From an uncultured Gammaproteobacteria bacterium (GTDB lineage Bacteria > Patescibacteriota > Patescibacteriia > UBA2591 > UBA6264): a DNA stretch of 49,185 nucleotides. The notes beneath the pieces were generated by a model. The model had not been told where the DNA came from. It made no database searches and saw only the letters and a program-made list of their open reading frames with translations. Below, in pieces: positions 26,203 to 34,216 of the stretch (positions are counted from its first letter, which is position 1; each line of letters opens with the position of its first letter). A program made the position numbers and the translations under genes. Location of the stretch: assembly GCA_964580825.1 (NCBI GenBank), contig CAZOLB010000003.1, forward strand, positions 1 to 49,185. The letters run 5' to 3'.

Positions 26203-26386
26203 TCGAACCCGAGCGTTTAATTCGTTATCAACAATTAATTTATGTTTAAAGATTTCTGTTATTGAGACCCGAAGTAACGATGGTTTTAATTTTATCTGCC
26301 ATCTCGTTGCTAGGTTCTCTTTTGCCAGCCGGATGGACTAAATTATCTCGGGCTGGAAACAGAGAACCTAATAAAATAATAAATAT

Positions 26387-26605
26387 ATGAGCAAGGATCA
26401 ATTGGCGGTGGGCAATTGTCCGCATTGTACAAAAATTATATTTAAGGATGCCGTGTTTAACTCCGAGGGATCTTTTTGTATGCGTTGTCCACATTGCGAC
26501 AAACTACTTAAAGTCATAATAAAAAGGAAAATTGAAATCATTATATCCCCCTGCAGTGATTGCAAAAACGACAAAGAGTGTACTTCTAATAAATATTTGA
26601 CATAG
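26387..26605 (+). CDS. Small zinc-ribbon protein
   Basis: 72 aa with CPHC...CPHC plus CSDC...C. No obvious RBS, so coding status is uncertain. Confidence 0.45.
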   Translation: MSKDQLAVGNCPHCTKIIFKDAVFNSEGSFCMRCPHCDKLLKVIIKRKIEIIISPCSDCKNDKECTSNKYLT

Positions 26606-26630
26606 TATAATTATGGGTGTATACTCATAA
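26597..26630 (+). promoter_or_regulatory. Near-consensus sigma70-type promoter with an overlapping 20-bp imperfect palindrome, upstream of the metal-cluster operon
   Basis: TTGACA (26597-602), N17, TATACT (26620-25). TTATGGGTGTATACTCATAA (26611-30) matches its own reverse complement at 16 of 20 positions. Confidence 0.55.
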
Positions 26631-26687
26631 TAGGCAATGTACAAAAGGTCGATTGCCAACCATTATTAACTATTTAACAACAAATAT

Positions 26688-26948
26688 ATGCCAAGACAAA
26701 ATGGTACAGGTCCGTTAGGATTTGGCGCCGGAACCGGCAGAGGCATGGGTCCTTGCGGCGGTGGTATGGCCTATGGTCGCCGAGGGAGTGGCCGCGGATT
26801 GGGCTGGAGAAGATTTTGGGGATATTATCCCGCTCCTACCCCTTCAAAAAAAGATGAAGCCGAAATGCTTTCAGAAGAGGCAGAAATCATGGAAGAAGAA
26901 TTGAAGAATATCAAATCCCGATTAGCCGAGCTTAAAGGTCAAAAATAA
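26688..26948 (+). CDS. DUF5320-type protein (Gly-rich N-terminus, C-terminal coiled coil)
   Basis: MPRQNGTGPLGFGAGTGRGMGPCGGG...EEAEIMEEELKNIKSRLAELK matches the characteristic MPRGDGTGP.G.GP.TGRG..C architecture. Confidence 0.8.
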   Translation: MPRQNGTGPLGFGAGTGRGMGPCGGGMAYGRRGSGRGLGWRRFWGYYPAPTPSKKDEAEMLSEEAEIMEEELKNIKSRLAELKGQK

Positions 26949-26954
26949 ATAACC

Positions 26955-27009
26955 GAAATTATTTTCTATTGAAATTATTTTCTATTAATACTTTTATAGA
27001 AAATAATTT
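26955..27009. repeat. 16-mer GAAATTATTTTCTATT as a perfect tandem pair plus one inverted copy
   Basis: Direct copies at 26955-70 and 26971-86. The inverted copy ATAGAAAATAATTT is at 26996-27009. Copy 2 and the inverted copy can form a 14-bp AT-rich hairpin followed by TTTT. Confidence 0.8.
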
Positions 27010-27042
27010 TGGCATATTAATTTATTATTAATATCTAATAAT

Positions 27043-27327
27043 ATGATGTCACAAATACCAATCAATCTGGAGAAAATCAATAAAACCGATTTGGATATGG
27101 AAATATTGAGAATCGGAGTGATAGCGGAATTGGATGCTATAAATTTATATGAACAAATGTCTGCCATAGCGCAAGATGAAAATATAAAGAAAATGCTTTT
27201 AGATATTGCTAAAGAAGAAAAGGCGCATGTGGGAGAATTTCAAGCCTTGTTATTAAATAGAGACAAAGAACAAGCCGCAGAGCTGGAAGCGGGCAAAGAA
27301 GAAGTTAAAAAAGAGGTTGGCGAATAA
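27043..27327 (+). CDS. Mini-ferritin-like protein of the EncFtn / ferritin-like four-helix type
   Basis: IAELDAINLYEQM...DIAKEEKAHVGEFQALL parallels the E..E....Y / EE..H di-iron ligand pattern of encapsulated-ferritin-like proteins. 94 aa. Confidence 0.6.
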   Translation: MMSQIPINLEKINKTDLDMEILRIGVIAELDAINLYEQMSAIAQDENIKKMLLDIAKEEKAHVGEFQALLLNRDKEQAAELEAGKEEVKKEVGE

Positions 27328-27377
27328 ATTAAAATAAGAGGTTTTGAGTCATTTAATAAAAATTAAAATCATAAATT

Positions 27378-28103
27378 ATGAGATTAAACAATAAAGTAGC
27401 TATAGTAACCGGGTCAACCCTGGGTATTGGCAAGGGAATTGCAGAGAAGCTTATTAATGAAGGAGCAAAAGTTGTTTTTTCCGATATAAATGGTGACGAT
27501 TCTTTGGTTGCGGGATTTGGAGGAAATGCCATATTTGTAAAATGCGACGTATCAAAAATGGAAGAAGTGGAAAATTTAATTAATCAAGCCGTTACACATT
27601 TCGGCCAGTTGGATATATTAGTTAATAATGCCGGTATTTATCCTTTTGTGCCTTTTGCAAAAATGACTGAGGCCGATTGGGATAGGGTCATGTCTGTTAA
27701 TTTAAAAAGTGTTTTTTTATGTTCTCAAGCCGCGGCTAAAGTAATGCCAGAAGGCGCAAGAATAATAAATATTTCTTCGATTGCCTCTTTTGTTGGTTTT
27801 TCCGGCCTGGTTCACTATTGTGCTTCGAAAGGTGGAATTAGTGGCATGATCAGAGCCTTAGCTTTGGAATTGGCAGATAGAAAGATTACGGTTAATGCTG
27901 TTGCTCCGGGTGCGATTGAAACTCCGGGCGCCAATCAAGGTTTAACTGATGAATCGAGAAAGCAGACTATAGCCATGATACCGCTATCGCGCATGGGTCA
28001 GCCGGAGGATATTGCGGGAGCAGTTGCTTTTTTAGCTTCTGATCAAGCCAGCTATATTACTGGTCAGACTATTATAGTTGATGGCGGATGGACATTGAGA
28101 TAA
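27378..28103 (+). CDS. SDR-family oxidoreductase (FabG-like)
   Basis: TGSTLGIGKGIA is the cofactor motif, with NNAG and the catalytic YCASKGG. Confidence 0.85.
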   Translation: MRLNNKVAIVTGSTLGIGKGIAEKLINEGAKVVFSDINGDDSLVAGFGGNAIFVKCDVSKMEEVENLINQAVTHFGQLDILVNNAGIYPFVPFAKMTEADWDRVMSVNLKSVFLCSQAAAKVMPEGARIINISSIASFVGFSGLVHYCASKGGISGMIRALALELADRKITVNAVAPGAIETPGANQGLTDESRKQTIAMIPLSRMGQPEDIAGAVAFLASDQASYITGQTIIVDGGWTLR

Positions 28104-28137
28104 GCTCGGTTTGCTAATTTAAATAACAATCAAAAAT

Positions 28138-28461
28138 ATGAAAATAGCAATAAGCTCAATCGGAAAAAGCCTTGATGACAATATTGCTGAGGTTTTTGGG
28201 CGGTGCCCCTATTTTATCATTGTTGATATTGAAAAAAGTGGGATTAAGGAAAATGAAATTATTAAAAATATCGGCGATAGCCAGATGAGCGGTGCGGGTA
28301 TGGCGGCCGCTAAAATGATAGCTGAAAAAGGAGTCAATATTGTTATTGCAAAGAATGTGGGTCCAAGAGCATTAGATGTTTTAAAGCAATTCAATATTGA
28401 AATAGTTGAAGCTAATGGAAAAATTAGTAAGGCATTGCAAGATTTTATTAAAAAAATTTAA
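28138..28461 (+). CDS. NifX/NifB-C-terminal-type (dinitrogenase Fe-Mo cofactor family) cluster-binding protein
   Basis: 107 aa. FGRCPYFIIVD...GAGMAAAKMIAEKGVNIVIAKNVGPRA is the typical family pattern. Confidence 0.75.
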   Translation: MKIAISSIGKSLDDNIAEVFGRCPYFIIVDIEKSGIKENEIIKNIGDSQMSGAGMAAAKMIAEKGVNIVIAKNVGPRALDVLKQFNIEIVEANGKISKALQDFIKKI

Positions 28462-28462
28462 T

Positions 28463-28831
28463 ATGAAAAATTTAAAAATCGTTATTCCTACAGACGGTCA
28501 GAACGGCTTAGATGAAAAAGTAGCTGATCATTTTGGCCGTTCCCTAACTTATACTTTTCTTGATGAGAAAGGTGAAATTATTGAGATAATAAAAAATACA
28601 AGCGAGCATATGGGAGGGCAAGGATTACCACCTGAATTAATGAAACAGCACGGAGCTGATATTTTACTGTGCCGCGATCTCGGTCCTAAGGCAATTAGCT
28701 TATGCGCGGAATTAGATATAGACGTTTATACTTGTCAGGCAGAAACGGTCAAAGATATTTTTAAAATGTGGCAGAGTAATAAACTTAAAAAAGCGGGCGC
28801 AGAAGATGCTTGTGAACATCATAAAATATGA
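28463..28831 (+). CDS. Second NifX/NifB-C-terminal-type cluster-binding protein
   Basis: MKNLKIVIPTDG...HFGRSLTYTFLD...GADILLCRDLGPKA. The start is set at the ATG at 28463, 1 nt after the preceding stop. The C-terminal tail reads CEHH. Confidence 0.7.
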   Translation: MKNLKIVIPTDGQNGLDEKVADHFGRSLTYTFLDEKGEIIEIIKNTSEHMGGQGLPPELMKQHGADILLCRDLGPKAISLCAELDIDVYTCQAETVKDIFKMWQSNKLKKAGAEDACEHHKI

Positions 28832-29688
28832 GAATTGCCATCACTGGCGGCAAGGGCGGAACAGGCAAATCGATGGTTGCCACTTCGTTGGCCGTCCTGT
28901 TTGCTAAAAATAAAAAAACACTCTTGGTTGATGCCGACGCCGAATGCCCTAATGACCATTTATTGTTGGCGGTTAAATTGAAAAAAGCATCGATAGTTAA
29001 TCAAACTATTCCTAAATGGAATTTTAAAAAATGCGTTAAATGCGGATCTTGCGCTTTGGCTTGCCAAAAAAACGCTATCGTTTTTATTAAAGACAGATAT
29101 CCGGCTTTTGTGAAAGACGTTTGCATCGGTTGTAAGGCCTGTATTTCTTCTTGCTCTTTCGGTGCGATAACTGAAGATAAGAAAGAGATCGGCAAGATTT
29201 ATGCCGGTAAGAATTATAATATTAGTCTAATTTCCGGGGAGCTGAAACTTGGGGAATTAGCATCCGGCGAAGTGGTAGCCGAGGTTAGAAAATATGCGGA
29301 AAAAATCAATGAGCAGTTGAAAGCAGACATTATTTTGATAGATTCGGCGGCCGGAGTCGGTTGTCCGGTGATTGCCTCTTTAGTAGGCACTGATTATATT
29401 GTGGCAGTAACCGAGCCCACGCCGTCTGCCCTACATGATTTAAAGCGCGTATTGCATCTGGCCAAACATTTTAAAATAAAACACGGTATTATTATTAATA
29501 AATATGATCTGTCAAAAAGTTATTGTTTGCAGATTGAAAAATTTGCCACAAAAAATAAAATCTCGATTATGGGCAAAATTCCTTATCGCCAAGATTTTGT
29601 TGATTCAATGATAAAAATGAAGCCAGTAGCAGAAATAAACCCGGATTATCAAAAATTATTTTTAGATATTATTAAACAAATAAGATAA
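28828..29688 (+). CDS. MinD/ParA-superfamily P-loop ATPase with an inserted 2x[4Fe-4S] ferredoxin domain
   Basis: The deviant Walker A is GGKGGTGKS. The Cys clusters are CVKCGSCALAC and CIGCKACISSC. The start overlaps the previous stop by 4 nt. Confidence 0.85.
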   Translation: MRIAITGGKGGTGKSMVATSLAVLFAKNKKTLLVDADAECPNDHLLLAVKLKKASIVNQTIPKWNFKKCVKCGSCALACQKNAIVFIKDRYPAFVKDVCIGCKACISSCSFGAITEDKKEIGKIYAGKNYNISLISGELKLGELASGEVVAEVRKYAEKINEQLKADIILIDSAAGVGCPVIASLVGTDYIVAVTEPTPSALHDLKRVLHLAKHFKIKHGIIINKYDLSKSYCLQIEKFATKNKISIMGKIPYRQDFVDSMIKMKPVAEINPDYQKLFLDIIKQIR

Positions 29689-29696
29689 ACAATCAG

Positions 29697-30746
29697 ATGA
29701 AAGAAAAAATTGCGACAATTTCAATATTAGCCAATATGATTTTAGCCGGAGGCAAGATTACCGTCGGCATTTTTTCCAATTCAGCCGCGATATTGGCGGC
29801 CGGGTTAGATTCATTTGCTGATATTTTTTCTTCTACTATCAGCTATATTGGAATTAAAATATCCGGCAAGCCGGCTGATGAGGAACATCCATATGGACAT
29901 TATAAATTTGAGGTTTTGGGAGGCGCTATTATTACTTTGATAATTCTGGCGACTGGTATCGGGATAATTTACGATGCTTGTCAAAATTTTTTTAAACCGG
30001 CGAATATAGCTATTAGTTATTTATCGTTTGGTGTAATGATTTTTTCAGTGTTAATTAATGAAGCAATGTCGAGACTGAAAATTCATTATGGCAAAAAAGA
30101 AGGTTCAGTCAGCCTGCTTTCAGATGGAGTCCATTCAAAAATTGATGTTTATACATCGATAGCGATTTTAGTAGGATTATTTTTCACTAAATACTGGATT
30201 TATGCTGATGCAGTTTTGGCCTTACTAATGGGAGTCTATATTATTAAAGAAGCGTTTACGATCGGTAAGGAAGCGATCAGTTCGCTTTTGGATGTTTCCG
30301 CTGGAGCGGAAATAGAGGCGAAGATAAAATCAATTGCCAAATGGCAAAATATTGAAATTAATAATTTAAAAACCCAGAAAAAAGGATTGATAATTACAGC
30401 CAATTTGGAAATCAAATTGCCGAATAATTTGAATGTTGAAGAGGCGGCTAAAATATCCGATAAGTTAAGACAACAGCTGGTTGAAAAAATTGATAATCTG
30501 CAATATGTGGTTATTCAGATTTCCAGCCATAGTATTGAAACCAATTTTTATAAGCCGGAATTCGGGCAAGGTTTCGGCTGGCAAAGAAAAGGCAAATTTA
30601 AAGAAAAAATTAAAGAAGCAACTGGCCGAGGGCCGGAGGGTAATTGCGTCTGTGAAAAATGCGGCTATAAAACACCGCATCAAAGAGGCATTCCCTGCTC
30701 AAACTTAAAATGTCCAAACTGCGATATAAATTTAAAAAGAGAATAA
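29697..30746 (+). CDS. Cation diffusion facilitator (CDF) metal exporter with a C-terminal Gly-rich/zinc-ribbon extension
   Basis: Six-TM CDF core (DSFADIFSS, HPYGHYKFE, LSDGVHSKIDV) plus a cytoplasmic domain. The extra tail reads GRGPEGNCVCEKCGYKTPHQRGIPCSNLKCPNCD. Confidence 0.8.
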   Translation: MKEKIATISILANMILAGGKITVGIFSNSAAILAAGLDSFADIFSSTISYIGIKISGKPADEEHPYGHYKFEVLGGAIITLIILATGIGIIYDACQNFFKPANIAISYLSFGVMIFSVLINEAMSRLKIHYGKKEGSVSLLSDGVHSKIDVYTSIAILVGLFFTKYWIYADAVLALLMGVYIIKEAFTIGKEAISSLLDVSAGAEIEAKIKSIAKWQNIEINNLKTQKKGLIITANLEIKLPNNLNVEEAAKISDKLRQQLVEKIDNLQYVVIQISSHSIETNFYKPEFGQGFGWQRKGKFKEKIKEATGRGPEGNCVCEKCGYKTPHQRGIPCSNLKCPNCDINLKRE

Positions 30747-30765
30747 TTAAATTAATACAAATATT

Positions 30766-31053
30766 ATGGCCAGACCAGCACGTTGTTTATGCAGAGGAAT
30801 AAAATTTAATCCTGATATTGTTTATTTTAAACCGCAAGGCGTACCAATTCACAATCTGCAAGTTGTTGAACTTACAATGGAAGAAATTGAGGCATACCGT
30901 TTGCGCCATATTAATGATTTGGAGCAAAAGGAAGCGGCCGGGAAAATGCATACCTCCCAAAGCACATATCAAAGAATACTTTATTCGGCTTATAAAAAAA
31001 TTGCCGATGCCTTAATTAATGGCAAGGCTATAAAAATTATTAAACATGAATAA
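30766..31053 (+). CDS. DUF134 / UPF0251 family putative DNA-binding protein
   Basis: MARPARCLCRGIKFNPDIVYFKPQGVP...LTMEEIEAYRL...QKEAAGKMHTSQSTYQRIL..A.KKIADALINGKAIKI matches the family end to end. Confidence 0.85.
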   Translation: MARPARCLCRGIKFNPDIVYFKPQGVPIHNLQVVELTMEEIEAYRLRHINDLEQKEAAGKMHTSQSTYQRILYSAYKKIADALINGKAIKIIKHE

Positions 31054-31744
31054 TATGCTTTTAGAAGTTAGGAATCTAAATGTTACTTTAAACAAAGAAA
31101 AGATACTGGAAAATTTATCTTTTCAAGTTGAACCAGGAGAAATTTTAACCATTTTGGGTCCGAATGGCGCCGGGAAAAGTGTGCTTTTAAAAACTCTTTT
31201 GGGTTTTTTGCCATATGAAGGAAGCATTATTTGGCATCAAAAAATGAAAATCGGTTATTTGCCACAAGGTTTAAATCAGTTAAAGGTTAAAGATTTTCCG
31301 CTAACAGTACAGGATTTTTTTGCATTAAAAAATACCGCTCTAACATCCGAAGAAATTATTGAATTTTTGCATCTGGTAGGATTAGAAAAAGACGTTCTTT
31401 TTAAAACAGCTGGCAGTTTGTCGGGAGGACAATTCCAAAGGATGCTCGTGGCCTGGGTGCTGATTTCTCATCCAGACGTTATATTTTTTGATGAACCGAC
31501 GACAGGGATAGATATTGGCGGAGGAGAAACAATTTATTCTCTTCTACATACTATCCGGGAAAAAGAAAAATTAACAATTTTTCTCGTAACGCATGACCTG
31601 CATATCGTATACAAGCATTCTACCAGTGTATTATGTTTAAGCCGCAAGGGGCACAACTGTTTTGGAGCACCAAAAGAAATATTAAATACAGAGACGCTGG
31701 AGCAAATTTTTGGCACGGAAATTAAATTTTATGAACATCATTAA
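31046..31744 (+). CDS. Metal (Zn/Mn/Fe-type, ABC-3 system) ABC transporter ATP-binding protein
   Basis: Walker A is GPNGAGKS, the signature is LSGGQFQRM, and Walker B is IFFDEPT. It overlaps DUF134 by 8 nt. Confidence 0.85.
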   Translation: MNNMLLEVRNLNVTLNKEKILENLSFQVEPGEILTILGPNGAGKSVLLKTLLGFLPYEGSIIWHQKMKIGYLPQGLNQLKVKDFPLTVQDFFALKNTALTSEEIIEFLHLVGLEKDVLFKTAGSLSGGQFQRMLVAWVLISHPDVIFFDEPTTGIDIGGGETIYSLLHTIREKEKLTIFLVTHDLHIVYKHSTSVLCLSRKGHNCFGAPKEILNTETLEQIFGTEIKFYEHH

Positions 31745-31757
31745 TACATAAATAAAT

Positions 31758-32531
31758 ATGACATATCAGATTATCCTTACGTTAATAAGTGGGATTTTTA
31801 TAAGTGGAGTTGCTGGTTATCTCGGTACGTTAATGCTTTCAAAAAAAATGTCGGTGGTCGCCGGCCCACTTGCTCATTTAGCTCTACCCGGAGTAGCCCT
31901 GGCACTTATCTATGGATTTAGCATCTCATTGGGAGCGTTCCCATTTGTCATTTTAGGTGCATTCTTAATTTGGCTTTTAGAAAAAAGAACAAAATTACCA
32001 ATGGAAAATTTAGCCGCGATTATTTTTGCATTCGGAGTTGGAACGGCACTTCTTATTCTGCCAATTGAGCAAGCAGAAGAGGCATTAATCGGGAATATTA
32101 CAAAAATAACCTTGTCAGAAACAATTATAACGGTTATCTTGAGTCTTCTCGTTTTTTATGTAGCAAAAAAGATTTATCAAAAAATAATGTTGATGAATAT
32201 TTATGAAGATTTGGCAGTAATAGAGGGAACTAATAAAAATTTATGTAATCTATTTTATCTATTAAGCATCGCTATGGTTGTCGCGTTGGGCGTTTATTTG
32301 GTAGGCGGGCTAATAACTGTTGCCCTAATTGCGATACCGGCGGCATCGGCAAAAAATGTAAGCAAAGGTTTGCATTTTTATAAAATTTCAGCAGTCGTTT
32401 TTGGGGTTATTTCAGCGGTCGCTGGAATTTTTATTGCCCGTTTTATTCATCTCCCAACCGGTCCTTTAGTAATTATTTCTGGCGTGGTATTGTTTTTGAT
32501 TACAGTAATTTTTCGCAAGCGATTATTCTAA
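31758..32531 (+). CDS. ABC-3 family metal transporter permease
   Basis: 257 aa with about 8 TM helices, directly after the ATPase. No substrate-binding protein gene is nearby. Confidence 0.75.
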   Translation: MTYQIILTLISGIFISGVAGYLGTLMLSKKMSVVAGPLAHLALPGVALALIYGFSISLGAFPFVILGAFLIWLLEKRTKLPMENLAAIIFAFGVGTALLILPIEQAEEALIGNITKITLSETIITVILSLLVFYVAKKIYQKIMLMNIYEDLAVIEGTNKNLCNLFYLLSIAMVVALGVYLVGGLITVALIAIPAASAKNVSKGLHFYKISAVVFGVISAVAGIFIARFIHLPTGPLVIISGVVLFLITVIFRKRLF

Positions 32532-32541
32532 TTTTTTAATT

Positions 32542-33294
32542 ATGCAACCAAAAATAAAAAAAGTTTTGCTGATTTTTTCTGGCAAAGGTGGCGTCGGTAA
32601 ATCTACGGTAGCCGTAAATTTGGCTATTGCTCTTGCCAAAAAAGGATTAAAGATTGGCTTACTTGATGCTGATATTCACGGTCCGAATTTAGCTCTAATG
32701 CTTGGAGCGCAAAATGGGGCAGTGTTCCCTTATGGTGAAAATCAAATCCTGCCGGTAGAAATAAGCAAAAATTTATCTTTAGTTTCTATCGCGTATTTTA
32801 TACCAAAGCTTGATACGCCGATAATTTGGCGAGGTCCGGCTAAGATGAAAATTATTGAAAGATTTGTTAAGGATGTAACTTGGGGCGATTTAGACTGGTT
32901 GATAGTCGATTCCCCTCCGGGTACAGGCGACGAACCTCTTTCTATAGCTCAACTCTTACCAAAAGCCGGTGCGATTATAGTTACCACTCCTCAAGATGTA
33001 TCTCTGCTTGATTCGAAAAAAGCCATAAATTTTGCTAGGGAGCTAAAATTAAAAATTCATGGTCTAATTGAAAATATGAGTGGACTAAGTTGCCCTCATT
33101 GCGGTAAAACGATCAACTTGTTTAAAAAGAATGGCGGATCAATAATTGCTAAACAGTATAAAATACCATTTTTAGGATCTATTCCAATTGATCCTGAAAT
33201 TGTTATTTCCGGAGATAGTGGGATTCCCGTGACAATGAATGAGAATTTCAAAATTTCAAAAATATTTTTAGAAATTGCAAATAAAATATTATGA
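32542..33294 (+). CDS. Mrp/NBP35 (ApbC-type) Fe-S cluster carrier ATPase
   Basis: SGKGGVGKSTVAVNLA, DSPPGTGDE and the CPHCG cluster-ligand motif are present. Confidence 0.85.
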   Translation: MQPKIKKVLLIFSGKGGVGKSTVAVNLAIALAKKGLKIGLLDADIHGPNLALMLGAQNGAVFPYGENQILPVEISKNLSLVSIAYFIPKLDTPIIWRGPAKMKIIERFVKDVTWGDLDWLIVDSPPGTGDEPLSIAQLLPKAGAIIVTTPQDVSLLDSKKAINFARELKLKIHGLIENMSGLSCPHCGKTINLFKKNGGSIIAKQYKIPFLGSIPIDPEIVISGDSGIPVTMNENFKISKIFLEIANKIL

Positions 33295-33695
33295 AAAATA
33301 GAACTATTATACCAACTATTTTATTTATTATCATTTTAATTTTTTCTTTTATAGCGTTTTCGCAAGAAAAAAGTAAAAACCAGCCAGAAATGATTGAGAT
33401 TACTAATCAAATATCTGAACAAGGTCAAATTATTCTTTTTTATAGTGACAATTGTCCGCATTGTAAAATAGTAGAAGATTATCTTAAGCAATATCAGATT
33501 GACAAAAAGATTTCTTTTGCTCAAAAGGAGGTTTATTATAATCAAAACAACACCAAAGAGCTTGAAATCAAAGCAAAAATTTGCGGATTGCCAACCGATT
33601 CAATCGGCGTGCCATTTCTGTGGGACGGGAAAAAATGTTTGATCGGCGATCAAAATATTATTGATTTCTTTAAACAAAAAACTAATGGGCGATAA
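33291..33695 (+). CDS. Membrane-anchored/secreted thioredoxin-like protein (CPHC)
   Basis: An N-terminal hydrophobic helix is followed by ILFYSDNCPHCKIVEDYL. It resembles the N-terminal domain of the 5358..6611 product. Confidence 0.7.
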   Translation: MKNRTIIPTILFIIILIFSFIAFSQEKSKNQPEMIEITNQISEQGQIILFYSDNCPHCKIVEDYLKQYQIDKKISFAQKEVYYNQNNTKELEIKAKICGLPTDSIGVPFLWDGKKCLIGDQNIIDFFKQKTNGR

Positions 33696-33696
33696 T

Positions 33697-34212
33697 ATGA
33701 AAAAAATATCAATTTATCTTTTATTTGTCTTTGCGATAAGTTTTCTTTTCGCCCAAAAAGCTTTGGCAGTTTGCCCAATTTGCACTATCGCCGTCGGCGC
33801 CGGAGTTGGACTTTCCCGCTGGCTGGGAATTGATGATGCAATAACCGGATTATGGGTTGGCGGATTTATTGTTTCTATGATTACTTGGACGGAGGGCTGG
33901 TTGGAAAAGAAAAATATCCACTTCAAAGGCAGAATTTTCGTCAATATTTTCGTTTACTACGCCTTGATTATTATTCCGCTTTTTTACTCCGGCATTATTG
34001 GCAATCCGCTAAATACTTTATGTGCCTGCGGATTGGATAAATTACTTTTTGGAATAATCGCAGGTAGTTTGGCTTTTTGGTTTGGCGCGAGCTGGTATTT
34101 TCATTTGAAAGAAAAAAATAACGGCCACGCTTATTTTCCTTTTCAAAAAGTCGTTATGCCAATTTTGCCACTTATAATTTTAAGCATAATTTATTATTTT
34201 CTAACCAAATAA
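33697..34212 (+). CDS. Hypothetical polytopic membrane protein with CPIC and CAC motifs
   Basis: The signal-like N-terminus MKKISIYLLFVFAISFLFAQKALA is followed immediately by VCPICTIAVGAGVG. About 4 further TM helices and LCACG are present. I recognise no family. Confidence 0.55.
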   Translation: MKKISIYLLFVFAISFLFAQKALAVCPICTIAVGAGVGLSRWLGIDDAITGLWVGGFIVSMITWTEGWLEKKNIHFKGRIFVNIFVYYALIIIPLFYSGIIGNPLNTLCACGLDKLLFGIIAGSLAFWFGASWYFHLKEKNNGHAYFPFQKVVMPILPLIILSIIYYFLTK

Positions 34213-34216
34213 TCAT

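Larger units (their letters stand above)
22379..26204. mobile_element. Roughly 3.8-kb integrative element inserted immediately 3' of tRNA-Ser (serine-recombinase type; lysogeny-like switch plus replication module, no structural genes)
   Basis: GC rises abruptly (about 47 % in a sampled line versus about 35 % in flanking genes). Imperfect inverted repeats lie at both ends next to a shared GTC. Gene content is large serine recombinase, CI-like, Cro-like and an HTH replication-type protein. Confidence 0.7.

Noticed and set aside
26185-26215. GGTTCG...CGAACC near the right end as a duplicated fragment of the tRNA-Ser T-arm (a classical tyrosine-integrase-type direct repeat)
   Set aside because: Only GGTTCG is shared with the tRNA, and the acceptor-stem sequence is not repeated. 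The pattern fits an inverted repeat with the left end (serine-integrase geometry) better than a direct att repeat.
26246-26494. 82-aa minus-strand ORF
   Set aside because: It overlaps the zinc-ribbon ORF start and low-GC intergenic DNA, and has no motif.
27043-27327. An encapsulin nanocompartment system
   Set aside because: Only the EncFtn-like cargo-type gene is present. No shell-sized ORF lies within the operon, so no compartment is claimed.
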